Assembly (NCBI GenBank): GCA_947627255.1
Contig: CANQVI010000001.1
Span: forward strand, 20,899-84,898
DNA: 64,000 bases
Direction: 5' to 3'
Source of the DNA: an uncultured Clostridia bacterium
GTDB taxonomy: Bacteria > Bacillota > Clostridia > TANB77 > CAG-465
Translations under genes and position numbers: made by a program
Notes under the pieces: model-generated
Databases searched by the model: none
Seen by the model: the letters and a program-made list of their open reading frames with translations, nothing else
What the model was told of the DNA's origin: nothing
Part shown: positions 8,341-18,807 of the stretch, one piece after another
Layout: the number at the start of each line of letters is the position of its first letter
Numbering within the stretch: position 1 is the stretch's first letter

Positions 8341-10755
8341 ATGTATAAATTAGGCGATAAAATAATAGAGGACTGTGGAAATAAAGCAAAATATTTATCT
8401 ATACTAAAAGCTAAAGGGTATAATATACCTTTAGGCATTGTAATTGATTTTGAAGAATTTAAAAATATAATTAAAGCTCAGAAGTTAAATTTTGAAACAA
8501 TAGATAAAATTGAAATACCGGATCAAATTATAAACAAGATATTTGAAGAACTACCTAAAGATAAAAAGTACGCAATAAGAAGTAGTGCAAACATAGAAGA
8601 TTGTAGAAATATTTCTTTAGCTGGAAAGTTTAGTACATTTTTAAATGTCGCACCAGATAAAGAATGTGTAAAAGATAAAATAAAAAGTTGTTTCTTATCA
8701 CTATATAGCGAAGATAATCTTCAATTTTACAGAAAAAATAAAATAGATATAAATAAAATTGAGATGAGTGTAATAGTACAAGAAATGATTGAAAGCAATG
8801 TAAGTGGTATATTATTTACTGTAAATCCAACTACAGGAAAAGACACTGAAATAGTAGTTGAATTTTCTAAAGGCTCAGGTGAAGTAGTGAGCGGAAAAGC
8901 TATTCCAGAAAGAATATCATATGACTGGAAAGAAGAAAAATATATTGAGCAACCAAAGGTTAATCTTTTAGGAGAAAATTCAATTAAAAAGATAATTAAT
9001 ATATCTTTAAATTTGCAACAAGAGGTAGGTTTTCCAGTAGATGTTGAATTTGGAGTATACGATTCAAAATTATATATATTTCAAGTAAGACCTATAACAA
9101 AAGTGGAAAACAAAGAGTTATATTATAGATTTACAAGTGTTAATTTAAGTAATACTAAAACTATATCTAGATTTTTATGGTCTATAAATGAGAAAATATA
9201 CAATACAACTACTTTAAGCTTTATAAAATCATTAAAGATATTCAATATGAATGAACTTCCAAAGCCAATAGTTGAATTAAAATTCTCAAGACTATATTGG
9301 AATTTAACTTTGTTTAAAAGTGTTTTGGAGCAAGTACCAGGCTATGTTGAAAGAAATGTAGATGAGTTATTAGGAGTAAAAATAGATTATTTAGATAATG
9401 GAATAGAAAATATAGAAAGCTCTAAAAAAATAATAGGGAGATTTAGTAAAAAGAATATAATTAATTTAGTAAAAAAACAATTTGTTAATGTAGAAGAATT
9501 TAGAAAAAATAAATTAAATGAAATTAATTTATTAAAAGAAGACTTAATTAATGAAGATAATAAAGTTGTATTTGAAAAAGTAAAGGATGCAATAAACTTA
9601 TTCTATGATGTTAAGAGTATGTATATTTGGCAGACATATATCAATATAATATACAGAACTTATATGAATAAAATACTTGGAGATACTTTAAATAGCTCAG
9701 AAATACAAAGTATATATTACGGAATTGATGATAAATATAAAGAAGGACCATATCTTCATATGTGGGATACTTCTAGAAAAATAAGAAAAAATCCAGAAAG
9801 GCTAAAGTTTTTTGAAAATAACTTGGACGCAGAAATATTTTACTTATATAGAAAAGATAGAGAAAATCCATTAATAAAAGATTTCTTGACAGATTTTATT
9901 GATTTATATGGATACCATTCATTTAATGAAACAGATATAGTATATAAACCTTATGATGAAGAAATATTAAAAGTAATAAAAACATACCGTGATATTTTAG
10001 AATTAGATGATAAATTTGATCCATTAAGAGAATTTAAACTACAAAATAAAGTATATGAAAACACATTAGAAAAAATAAAAGAATGTCCTAAAAAATCACA
10101 AGTAAGAACTATGCTAAAAGAGATAGACTTTATGAGAGAGCTAATAAAAAAATCAAATTTACTTAAAGATTTAGTATTAATAGCTCAAAATTTATTAAGA
10201 AAATATATGCTTAAAGTAGCAAAAATATATAAAAATGAGTTTATCATTGAAAATGAAGAAGATATATTTAATCTTGATTATAAGTATTTCTTAAATGATA
10301 TGTCAAATTATGATTATACTGAAGTGAAGAAAATAGCAACAAAAAATAAGATATACACTAATTCTTTTAGAAACTATGAACCTATAAATGATATTTTCCC
10401 ATGTTCAAGGCAATATATAAATATGGACTCAAGCAGGAATTATAAAGGTATTGGTGCAAGTTTTGGAAAAGTTAGTGGAAAGGCTTGTATAGTCAATTCA
10501 AAAGAGGAATTAAAAAATTTAAGAAAATTCGATATATTAATTACTAAGTATATTGATCAAGATATATTTAAAGAATTAAATTTAAATGATGTATCAGGAA
10601 TAATTACAGAATATGGAGGAGTATTAAGTCACTTAGCAATAAATGCAAGAGAAAATAGAATTCCTTGTGTAGTTGGACTTAAAGATGCTACTAAAAATAT
10701 AAAAAATGGTGAAGATGTATTGGTAAATGGCGATACAGGAGAAGTAATATGTTAA
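8341..10755 (+). CDS. PEP-utilizing enzyme family protein: ATP-grasp PEP/pyruvate-binding N-domain plus C-terminal mobile His domain (PEP synthase / rifampin-phosphotransferase-like)
   Basis: RSSANIEDCRNISLAGKFSTFLNV N-terminal motif. C-terminal GGVLSHLAINARENRIPCVVG swivel-His motif. 804 aa. Confidence 0.8.
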   Translation: MYKLGDKIIEDCGNKAKYLSILKAKGYNIPLGIVIDFEEFKNIIKAQKLNFETIDKIEIPDQIINKIFEELPKDKKYAIRSSANIEDCRNISLAGKFSTFLNVAPDKECVKDKIKSCFLSLYSEDNLQFYRKNKIDINKIEMSVIVQEMIESNVSGILFTVNPTTGKDTEIVVEFSKGSGEVVSGKAIPERISYDWKEEKYIEQPKVNLLGENSIKKIINISLNLQQEVGFPVDVEFGVYDSKLYIFQVRPITKVENKELYYRFTSVNLSNTKTISRFLWSINEKIYNTTTLSFIKSLKIFNMNELPKPIVELKFSRLYWNLTLFKSVLEQVPGYVERNVDELLGVKIDYLDNGIENIESSKKIIGRFSKKNIINLVKKQFVNVEEFRKNKLNEINLLKEDLINEDNKVVFEKVKDAINLFYDVKSMYIWQTYINIIYRTYMNKILGDTLNSSEIQSIYYGIDDKYKEGPYLHMWDTSRKIRKNPERLKFFENNLDAEIFYLYRKDRENPLIKDFLTDFIDLYGYHSFNETDIVYKPYDEEILKVIKTYRDILELDDKFDPLREFKLQNKVYENTLEKIKECPKKSQVRTMLKEIDFMRELIKKSNLLKDLVLIAQNLLRKYMLKVAKIYKNEFIIENEEDIFNLDYKYFLNDMSNYDYTEVKKIATKNKIYTNSFRNYEPINDIFPCSRQYINMDSSRNYKGIGASFGKVSGKACIVNSKEELKNLRKFDILITKYIDQDIFKELNLNDVSGIITEYGGVLSHLAINARENRIPCVVGLKDATKNIKNGEDVLVNGDTGEVIC

Positions 10756-10770
10756 AGGCTTGAATTAAAT

Positions 10771-11748
10771 TCAAGTCTTTTTTAATATATTCTCTAATAT
10801 TTCAACTGCGTTTGACGCAGCACCTTTTCGTATATTATCTGCTACACACCAAAAATTTATTCCATTTTCGACACTAAAATCTCTACGTATTCTTCCAATA
10901 TAAACTTCATCTGTACCAGTTACAAATGTATTTATTGGATAAATTTCTCTTTTAATATCATCAAGTACAATAATTCCTTTAGAATTATTTAGTAATGATT
11001 TTATATCATCAATTTTAAAATCATATTCAAGTTCTACACTTATACTTTCACTATGACAATTTAAAACTGGTACTCTAACGCAAGTGGCTGTAACTGGAAG
11101 TCTAGGCTTTTTAAGTATCTTTCTGGTTTCTTCTATCATTTTCATTTCTTCTTTAGAATAGCCATTATCTAAAAATACATCTATTTGAGGAATACAATTA
11201 TTAACAATAGGATATTGAAATTTTTCAGTTGTATTATTTAATAAATCATCAATTCCTTTTTTTCCTGCACCAGATACAGCTTGATAAGTTGAGTATATAA
11301 CTCTTTTTATTTTATATTTATCGTCTAATACTTTTAATGGTATAACGGCTTGAATAGTTGAACAATTAGGATTAGATATTATATTAAAATTGTCATATGC
11401 ATCTTCCATATTTACTTGTGGTACAACTAATGGTACTGACTTATCCATTCTAAAGCAAGAACTATTATCAATTACAATACAACCATTTTGAGCAGCTATT
11501 TTAGCATATTTTTCAGCAACACTTGCTCCAGCAGAAAAAAGAGCATATTGAAATCTATTATTATCAAAACTATGTTCAGTAAGTTCTTCAACTATATATT
11601 CTTTATCCATAAACTTTACTTTTTTCCCTTTAGACTTACTAGAAGCCAAAAGTACATAACTATCTATATTTAGCTTTTTTTCTTCAAGTACCTTTAAAAA
11701 CATTTTACCAACTACTCCAGTAGCACCAACTATTGCTACATTAATCAT
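10771..11748 (-). CDS. asd: Aspartate-semialdehyde dehydrogenase
   Basis: N-terminal VAIVGATGVVG NAD-binding motif and active-site NCST. TGAGGTGA RBS. Confidence 0.9.
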   Translation of the reverse strand: MINVAIVGATGVVGKMFLKVLEEKKLNIDSYVLLASSKSKGKKVKFMDKEYIVEELTEHSFDNNRFQYALFSAGASVAEKYAKIAAQNGCIVIDNSSCFRMDKSVPLVVPQVNMEDAYDNFNIISNPNCSTIQAVIPLKVLDDKYKIKRVIYSTYQAVSGAGKKGIDDLLNNTTEKFQYPIVNNCIPQIDVFLDNGYSKEEMKMIEETRKILKKPRLPVTATCVRVPVLNCHSESISVELEYDFKIDDIKSLLNNSKGIIVLDDIKREIYPINTFVTGTDEVYIGRIRRDFSVENGINFWCVADNIRKGAASNAVEILENILKKT

Positions 11749-11892
11749 AAAATCACCTCATTAAAATATATTAATATATGAAATATATATTCATAATTGT
11801 TTTAATAACTTTACATAAAAAAGAAAACGTGATATAATTATGAAGAATTTTTACTTAGGACGAATATAAAATTTTATAGGAGGTGTATAACT

Positions 11893-12045
11893 ATGAGTAT
11901 TAGTTATGAAAATTGTTTTTTCAAAAGGATATGGAATAAATTATTCCATAAAGTAAAATACTTAGATGTACCAGTACAATATACTCCAAAAGAAGTTAAA
12001 CTTAAAATATATGATATAATAGGTTTTCTTTCTAATCGGGTTTGA
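11893..12045 (+). CDS. Small ORF (50 aa) with a strong RBS, unknown function
   Basis: AGGAGGTG sits 7 nt upstream of the ATG. Confidence 0.3.
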   Translation: MSISYENCFFKRIWNKLFHKVKYLDVPVQYTPKEVKLKIYDIIGFLSNRV

Positions 12046-12070
12046 TATAGGTGGTAAGTTTATAGACAAT

Positions 12071-12724
12071 ATGTATCAAAATGTTGAAAATTTAGGAATA
12101 TATTTTTATGATTTAGGTCAAGATACTATTGATGTTGAATTTAATACGTATATGAATACGGTAAGGAAAGAAACAATTAGATTATATGAGAATTCTACTT
12201 TAATTTTTAAAAATCCAATAACAAAATCAGGAATTTTACTTGAAGTATTTCCTGTTTTAAGTTTAGCACGAACAGAAAAAACTAAATATTATATGAACAT
12301 ATATCTAAATGCAGTAAAGATAATTTCTAGAAGAAAAACTGATGAGAAAAAAATTAGTAAGAGCACTAAAAGATATACAGCGTTTTTTGGTATAAATTCT
12401 AAAGAAGTTATAACATACAATGATAGAATTGTCTCAATTAGTGATACAAGATATAGTTCATTAAATAGAGCAATCAACTATATAATGGCACAAATATTGT
12501 ATGAGGCAATAGAAAACAAACCTTTTTTACTTGAACTAAGCCGAAAAGAAGAAAAAGAAATTAAAATTCTAAAGTATTATATTTCTAAAGGATACAATGA
12601 TTATAGGTATTTCATTAAAGATTATATGTTATGTAGAAAAGAAAAAATTGAAAAGAATATAGCTAAAAATACAGATGTAAAAACATTAGAACAGCTAGAA
12701 GAAAAAATAAAGGGAAAAAATTGA
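12071..12724 (+). CDS. Hypothetical protein
   Basis: 217-aa ORF with no recognisable motif. Followed by a bidirectional terminator. Confidence 0.5.
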   Translation: MYQNVENLGIYFYDLGQDTIDVEFNTYMNTVRKETIRLYENSTLIFKNPITKSGILLEVFPVLSLARTEKTKYYMNIYLNAVKIISRRKTDEKKISKSTKRYTAFFGINSKEVITYNDRIVSISDTRYSSLNRAINYIMAQILYEAIENKPFLLELSRKEEKEIKILKYYISKGYNDYRYFIKDYMLCRKEKIEKNIAKNTDVKTLEQLEEKIKGKN

Positions 12725-12742
12725 AATTCCCTTTATTTTTTT
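12709..12742. terminator. Bidirectional terminator
   Basis: aaaggga/tcccttt hairpin flanked by A- and T-runs. Confidence 0.45.
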
Positions 12743-13349
12743 AGCTAATGTCTTGTGGATTTACTAAATCGGTTAGTATCTGTGGATTTATATTTACTCT
12801 CCTAGTTGAAATTAACCAATCACAAAAGAACATACAAAATAGTACAATAGCAACTTTATTCATTATTTTTTTTGGAAACATTCCAACAACTTTTAATATT
12901 ATAGGATGAACAAAGAATACATACATTGTTCCTAAAATTCCCCAACCAATTAGAATTGGTACAGTTGTATAATTTAATATATTTAAAAATTTGCCTGAAT
13001 AATTCCACATTTCTATATTTAATATGTATTTAAAGCCTAAGCCACATAGAAGCTCAAAAGTTCCTAAAAGTAAAGAGGCAAATAAAAATATAATAGGAAT
13101 ATTCTTTTTATTAGGTTTTACATCATAAAAACAGCAGTATAGTATTAATGCACCAAATCCGTATATTGGACAATAAGGACCTAAAAACATTCCTCTTTTT
13201 ACTATTTTACCAACACATAAAAATACATAGCCAGTTTCTACTAAATATCCAACAATAGATGCAAATGTAAAGACTATTACCATTTCAGCAAATGAAGCTT
13301 TATGTTTTGCGTATTTAACTAACTGAAAATTTTGGGATGACTTTTTCAT
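12741..13349 (-). CDS. Integral membrane protein (possible putative-ABC-transporter type IV-like family)
   Basis: GPYCPIYGFGA motif and multiple TM helices. Confidence 0.5.
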   Translation of the reverse strand: MKKSSQNFQLVKYAKHKASFAEMVIVFTFASIVGYLVETGYVFLCVGKIVKRGMFLGPYCPIYGFGALILYCCFYDVKPNKKNIPIIFLFASLLLGTFELLCGLGFKYILNIEMWNYSGKFLNILNYTTVPILIGWGILGTMYVFFVHPIILKVVGMFPKKIMNKVAIVLFCMFFCDWLISTRRVNINPQILTDLVNPQDIS

Positions 13350-13360
13350 AACTATCCTTT

Positions 13361-14257
13361 CTAAATTTTATCTAAATAAAATTTATCATCTAATTTAATA
13401 GAAATATCGTTTAAATAATCTAGCAAGTTATTATCTGGAAAACTAAAGCTATAGTTAACAGCATATAATAGTTGCTTATATTTTTTAAATTTTCTATTTA
13501 TTTCATTTTTACCATATTTTGAATCCCCTATAATAGGATGAGATATGTTTGCAAGTTGAGCTCTTATTTGATGTGTTTTTCCAGTATGTATAATTACTTT
13601 TAAAATTGAGTAATTATCTTTTAGTACCTTTTTAATTACATCAAATTCTGTAATTATTTTTTGAGAATTAGGTACAAAACTATCATAAATCTTAGAATAT
13701 CCATCAACTTTATCTTTGGTAATATATTTTTCATATATATAATGTGTAGCATCAAAGTCACAGCCATAGACATAAGCAATATATTCTTTAGTAATATATC
13801 CTTCTTTAAAGCCTTCTAACATGCATTTATATGCATCATCATTTTTTGTAAATATTATAAGACCAGCTGTATTTCTATCTAATCTGTGGCAAATTTTAAT
13901 ATTTTCCCCTTTATTTTTTCTTACATATTCTTCGAAAGTAGGCTCATTAATATTACCTTCTTCATTATTAGATAAGATGCCTTGTGGTTTATATACAACT
14001 AAGATGTTATCATCTTCATATATTATATCTAAATCTTTTGTAAAGCCAAATAATAAATAATCATCTATATATATTTGAAGTAAATCATCATTTCTTAATA
14101 TATAGTTTGGGTCATTTATTCGTGTATTATTAATTTTTATATCTTTATTTCTTATAGCTTTATGTAGTAAAGATGAAGAAACATTTGGAAAATTATTTTT
14201 TAAATAATATATTAGCTTTTCATCTTTTTTTATATTAGAAATTTTTAATTGTTTCAT
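13361..14257 (-). CDS. RluA-family 23S rRNA/tRNA pseudouridine synthase
   Basis: HRLDRNTAGLIIF catalytic Asp motif. Start set at MKQLK; the ORF track extends to a TTG at 14293. Confidence 0.8.
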   Translation of the reverse strand: MKQLKISNIKKDEKLIYYLKNNFPNVSSSLLHKAIRNKDIKINNTRINDPNYILRNDDLLQIYIDDYLLFGFTKDLDIIYEDDNILVVYKPQGILSNNEEGNINEPTFEEYVRKNKGENIKICHRLDRNTAGLIIFTKNDDAYKCMLEGFKEGYITKEYIAYVYGCDFDATHYIYEKYITKDKVDGYSKIYDSFVPNSQKIITEFDVIKKVLKDNYSILKVIIHTGKTHQIRAQLANISHPIIGDSKYGKNEINRKFKKYKQLLYAVNYSFSFPDNNLLDYLNDISIKLDDKFYLDKI

Positions 14258-14422
14258 AACTAAAATTATAGTACAAAAACACAAAAAAATCAATATTATG
14301 TAGAAAAAGTACAGAAATAAGAATATAATATAGTTATTAGTTCTAAAAGCAATTAAGAAAACATAAAACTATTGAAAGAACGACAAAATTATGCTAAAAT
14401 ATAATTTAACTTTTTAAAGGGA

Positions 14423-16087
14423 GTGATTTGTTTGAATACTAAAATGATAAAAGTTATATTAAATGGAGATAAAGAGATTTTAGTTGAGCAAGAAACAAAA
14501 GTTATAGATGTTATTAAAAAAGTAGGAATAGATGTTCAAAAGGAAAATATATTAGCTGTAAAAGTAAATAATAAAGAAAGATCAATAATGTATCATTTAA
14601 TAGAAGATTGTACTTGTGATTTTATAACATATTACACAAGAGAAGGAGAAAGAATATATAGCAGAAGCCTTAAATTTATATTTTTAATGGCCTTACATAG
14701 ATTAAATGTAAAATTACATTTCAAATTTTTAAATAAAACAGGAAGAGATTATTTTGCTTTTGTTCAGGAAGGTGAAGTTACAACTAAACTTGTAAAAGAA
14801 ATAAAAGATGAAATGGAAAAAATAATATCTGAGAATATACGAATTATGAAAGAAAAGGGAAGCGATAGAAGAATAGCTAATTTCTTAGAAAATAAAGAAC
14901 AAATTAAAAATATTGTAGATTTAAATTTAAATGAAAATTATACAGTATATTATGCAGATGATTTTTATACATATTTATATGGTTCTGTTGTAATGTATAC
15001 AGGTGCAATAAAAGGTTTTGATCTAAGAAAATATAAAAATGGTGTAATTCTTATGCTGCCAGAAAGAGATAATATAGAAGAAGTAAAATATGATATTGAA
15101 ACAAATAGAATGTTTGAATTATCAGATAAATTTTCAGAAGTTTGCAAAGTTACGTCAGTTGAAAGCGTTAATGACTTGAATAAAAAAGTAGTTGATGATA
15201 ATATAGATAGTGTAATAAGAAGAGCAGAATTATATCATACAAATGAATTTTTTGAAATTACTAGAAGAATAGTTAGAAGTGGCACAATAAAAATAGTTAT
15301 GTTAGCAGGACCGTCATCATCTGGAAAGACTACATCTGCTCAAAGACTTGCTGATACACTTATGGTGAAAAAGAAAAATGCAATAGTAATAAGTATGGAT
15401 AACTATTTTAAAGATAAAGGTAATATTCCAATAGGTAAAGATGGAAAAGAAGACTATGAATGCTTTGAGAATCTTGAAATTGATTTGTTTAAAAAACAAA
15501 TTTTAGATTTGTTAAAAGGAAAAAAAGTTATTCTTCCTACATTTAATTTTAAATTGCAAAAAAAGGAATATATAACTGAGCCAATAAAGTTGCAATCAAA
15601 TGATATATTAATAATAGAAGGAATACATGCCTTAAATCCTAAAGCATCTGAGTTTATTCCAAAAGATAAAATATTTAAATTATATGTTGCACCAATGGTT
15701 AGTATTAGATTTGACGCATATACTATGTTGTCATCTAATGACTTAAGATTATTAAGAAGATTTGTAAGAGATAATTCAACTCGTGGTGTTAGTGTGGAAA
15801 AAACTATGGAATTATGGGAGAAAATTTGTTTAGGTGACGAAGAAAACATTTTCCCATATGTAGATAATGCAGATTATATTTTTAATACAAGTTTAATATA
15901 TGAACTTGCAGCATTAAAACCAATAGTAGAAAAATTATTACTAAAAATTGATAGTAAAAGTATATATTACTCTGAAGCAAGAAGATTACTCAATATGTTA
16001 AGAAATTTTATAGGTATAGAAACTGATTTAATACCAAGTACATCTATTTTAAGAGAATTTATCGGTGGAGGATGTTACTTAAGATAA
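14423..16087 (+). CDS. TGS-domain / uridine-kinase-family (PRK/URK P-loop) nucleoside kinase-like protein
   Basis: Walker A GPSSSGKTT. Start ambiguous: GTG at 14423, TTG at 14432 or ATG at 14444. Confidence 0.7.
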   Translation: MICLNTKMIKVILNGDKEILVEQETKVIDVIKKVGIDVQKENILAVKVNNKERSIMYHLIEDCTCDFITYYTREGERIYSRSLKFIFLMALHRLNVKLHFKFLNKTGRDYFAFVQEGEVTTKLVKEIKDEMEKIISENIRIMKEKGSDRRIANFLENKEQIKNIVDLNLNENYTVYYADDFYTYLYGSVVMYTGAIKGFDLRKYKNGVILMLPERDNIEEVKYDIETNRMFELSDKFSEVCKVTSVESVNDLNKKVVDDNIDSVIRRAELYHTNEFFEITRRIVRSGTIKIVMLAGPSSSGKTTSAQRLADTLMVKKKNAIVISMDNYFKDKGNIPIGKDGKEDYECFENLEIDLFKKQILDLLKGKKVILPTFNFKLQKKEYITEPIKLQSNDILIIEGIHALNPKASEFIPKDKIFKLYVAPMVSIRFDAYTMLSSNDLRLLRRFVRDNSTRGVSVEKTMELWEKICLGDEENIFPYVDNADYIFNTSLIYELAALKPIVEKLLLKIDSKSIYYSEARRLLNMLRNFIGIETDLIPSTSILREFIGGGCYLR

Positions 16088-16105
16088 AATAAGGGGGAAG
16101 AAATT

Positions 16106-17695
16106 TTGGCTATAAAAAAGCAAACTTTTATGAATGGAGTCTTTGTAATAATGGGCTCTCAAATATTAATTAAGATACTAGGTTTCATATATAGAATAAT
16201 TCAAACTAATTTTCCGCAATTTGCAGATGTAGGAAATAGTTATTATGGATCTGGTTATCAAGTATATACGTTTATACTTGCAATAGCAACAATGGGAATA
16301 CCTAATACCATATCTAAATTGGTATCTGAAAAAATTACAATTGGAGATAGGAGAGGCGCACATAAAATATTTAAAATTGCATTTTTAGTATTTGTTAGTA
16401 TTGCAACAGCATTTGCTTTAGCATTATTTTTCGGAGCAGGATTTATATCAAACAATATACTTAATAATCCAGGTGTAAAATATACATTAATGTCTTTATC
16501 TCCTGCAATCATATTTGTATCTATGTCCGCAGTTTTAAGAGGATATTTTATAGGTATGGAGAATGTAAGTGAATATAGTAAAGCACAAATAATTGAACAA
16601 GTAATTAATTGTGTATTTTCAATAATATTTGTAGTAATGCTACTTGGAACTACACCTGAAATTATGGCAGCAGGTTCAACTTTAGCAACTACAGTAGCTA
16701 CATCTAGTGCATTCTTTTATTTAGTAAGATATTATAGGAAAAACAGAAAAGAAATTTGGGATGAAATTAATAAATCTAAAGAATTTGTAGCAGAATCAAG
16801 AAGAAAAATAGCAAAAAAATTAATATCTTATGCAGTTCCAATCTCTTTTGGAAGTGTTGTATCAGCTTTAGCTGGTCTAGTAGATGTTATAACTGTTGTT
16901 AATGGATTACAAGGATATGGATATGATTTACAACTAGCAAATGAAAAGTATGGTATACTTTCAGGAAAAGTAGATATTTTACTTGCAGTACCTTTATCTA
17001 TTAATGTTGCATTCTCTGTAGCTCTTGTACCATTTATTTCATCTGCAATAGCAAGGCACAGAAAAGATGAAGCTGTAGGAAAAATAAAATATTCACTTAA
17101 GATTTCTTCACTTATAGCATTACCATGTACATTTGGATTATTTGTACTTGCAACACCAATATTTAAAATGTTATTCCCAAATGCACCAGAAGGAGCATAT
17201 TTATTACAAATTGAATGTTGGTTAATATTCTTCTCGGTAGTAAGTCAAACAATAACCGGTGCTTTGCAAGGAATAGGAAAGTTAGCGGTACCTGGAATAG
17301 CACTTCTTGTAGGTGCAGTATTAAAATATATTTTAAATGTTATATTTATACCTCAATTTGGTGAAGTTGTTCCAGCTATAACAAGTATAGTATATAGTGG
17401 TACAGCATGTATAATATCTGCAATAATACTATATAAAGCATTAAAAGAGAAAATGCCAATAAAGGAAATTATTGTAAAACCATTTATTGCTAGTGCTATT
17501 ATGGGAGAAATTGTATATTTATCATATAAATTACTAACTATATTATCAATTGGAAATACAATTTCAACAATACTATCAATAGCTATAGGTGTAATTGCAT
17601 ATTTATTTGTAGTTTTAATCTTAAAGATTTTAAACAAAGAAGAAATAGAACAGCTACCTTATGGTAACAGAATATGTAAAATGCTTAAAATATAG
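16106..17695 (+). CDS. MOP-superfamily polysaccharide/peptidoglycan-precursor flippase (SpoVB/MurJ-like)
   Basis: About 14 TM helices over 529 aa. TTG start with an AAGGGGGAAG RBS. Confidence 0.65.
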   Translation: MAIKKQTFMNGVFVIMGSQILIKILGFIYRIIQTNFPQFADVGNSYYGSGYQVYTFILAIATMGIPNTISKLVSEKITIGDRRGAHKIFKIAFLVFVSIATAFALALFFGAGFISNNILNNPGVKYTLMSLSPAIIFVSMSAVLRGYFIGMENVSEYSKAQIIEQVINCVFSIIFVVMLLGTTPEIMAAGSTLATTVATSSAFFYLVRYYRKNRKEIWDEINKSKEFVAESRRKIAKKLISYAVPISFGSVVSALAGLVDVITVVNGLQGYGYDLQLANEKYGILSGKVDILLAVPLSINVAFSVALVPFISSAIARHRKDEAVGKIKYSLKISSLIALPCTFGLFVLATPIFKMLFPNAPEGAYLLQIECWLIFFSVVSQTITGALQGIGKLAVPGIALLVGAVLKYILNVIFIPQFGEVVPAITSIVYSGTACIISAIILYKALKEKMPIKEIIVKPFIASAIMGEIVYLSYKLLTILSIGNTISTILSIAIGVIAYLFVVLILKILNKEEIEQLPYGNRICKMLKI

Positions 17696-17736
17696 CCAAA
17701 AAACACGAAAAATTTAACGAAAAAAAGAAGAAAAGT

Positions 17737-17765
17737 GTTGACAACATTAGTGTTTTGTAGTATAT
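17737..17765 (+). promoter_or_regulatory. Sigma-A-type promoter for hup (TTGACA-N17-TATATT)
   Basis: Sequence match to consensus elements. Confidence 0.45.
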
Positions 17766-17799
17766 TCTAAGTGTAATCATGAAATAGGAGGGATTTATA

Positions 17800-18078
17800 A
17801 TGAATAAAGCTGAATTAATTGCTAAAATTGCTGAAGAAAGCAAACTAACAAAAAAAGCTGCTGAAACAGCTCTAGATGCTTTCGTAACTAGTGTTGAAGA
17901 AGCACTTAAAAAAGGTGAGAAAGTTCAATTAGTTGGTTTTGGTACTTTTGAAGTTAGACAAAGAGCAGCTAGAAAAGGTAGAAACCCACAAACTAAAGCT
18001 GAAATTAAAATACCAGCTTCTAAAGCTCCAGTATTTAAAGCTGGTAAAGCATTAAAAGAACTAGTAAACAAAAAATAA
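17800..18078 (+). CDS. hup: DNA-binding protein HU
   Basis: Full-length HU signature ([20 protein letters not shown]). Confidence 0.95.
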   Translation: MNKAELIAKIAEESKLTKKAAETALDAFVTSVEEALKKGEKVQLVGFGTFEVRQRAARKGRNPQTKAEIKIPASKAPVFKAGKALKELVNKK

Positions 18079-18094
18079 TTTATTAGATTTCTAT

Positions 18095-18132
18095 AATCAC
18101 GAAAACTCATGATTTTTCGTGATTATTTTTTT
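18095..18132 (+). terminator. Rho-independent terminator of hup
   Basis: aatcacgaaaa/ttttcgtgatt 11-bp stem followed by T7. Confidence 0.6.
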
Positions 18133-18135
18133 GCT

Positions 18136-18166
18136 AAAAAAAGCTCCACTTAGTGGAACTTTTTTA
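18136..18166 (-). terminator. Terminator of mscL (minus strand)
   Basis: gttccac/gtggagc hairpin with a flanking T-run on the minus strand. Confidence 0.4.
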
Positions 18167-18167
18167 A

Positions 18168-18680
18168 TTATTCGCTAACAATTTCTTCTTTTTCAAGTAC
18201 ACTTGTACAATGAGGACATCTTGAAGCATGAAGTGGAATAGTACTTAAACAGTATGGACATTCTTTAGTTGTTACTTCATTTTCAATTTTCTCTTTCTTA
18301 TTTGCCTTTGTAAGAGCTTTAACTAAAATAAATAATACAATAGATACTATTACAAAATTTAAAACTGAGTTTATTATTTCTCCATAGTTTAATGTTATAG
18401 CACCAGCTGCTTTTGCTTGTTCTAATGTTTCAAATGTACCACCTTTAAGTGTAATAAATAATGTAGATAAGTCAACATTACTTGTAAGTAAGCTAATAAT
18501 TGGTGTTAAAAGGGCAGAAACTAAAGTATTAACTATGTTAGTAAAAGCACTACCTAAAACAACACCTATTGCCAAATCTAAAACATTTCCTTTTAAAGCA
18601 AATGCTTTGTAATCTTCTAAAGCAAGTTTTGCTTTATTTTTAGATTTCTCTTTTAGTTCTTTTCCATCGATTTTTTTCAT
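18168..18680 (-). CDS. mscL: Large-conductance mechanosensitive channel MscL, with a C-terminal C4 zinc-ribbon extension
   Basis: GNVLDLAIGVVLGSAF core. Extra C-terminal CPYC...CPHC segment. About 20-aa N-terminal Lys-rich extension. Confidence 0.85.
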   Translation of the reverse strand: MKKIDGKELKEKSKNKAKLALEDYKAFALKGNVLDLAIGVVLGSAFTNIVNTLVSALLTPIISLLTSNVDLSTLFITLKGGTFETLEQAKAAGAITLNYGEIINSVLNFVIVSIVLFILVKALTKANKKEKIENEVTTKECPYCLSTIPLHASRCPHCTSVLEKEEIVSE

Positions 18681-18807
18681 ATAATATCACCATTTACATA
18701 TTACAACATTTTTTTTATAAAATCAATATTAATTATTCATAAATAATCTTTGGTTGATTTTTATACGATTTTATAGTAAAATATTCACGTATTAGAAGGA
18801 GAGAAAA

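Noticed and set aside
11749-12070. Possible riboswitch / leader upstream of asd
   Set aside because: I could not recognise L-box or T-box motifs. The region instead contains a plus-strand small ORF with a strong RBS.
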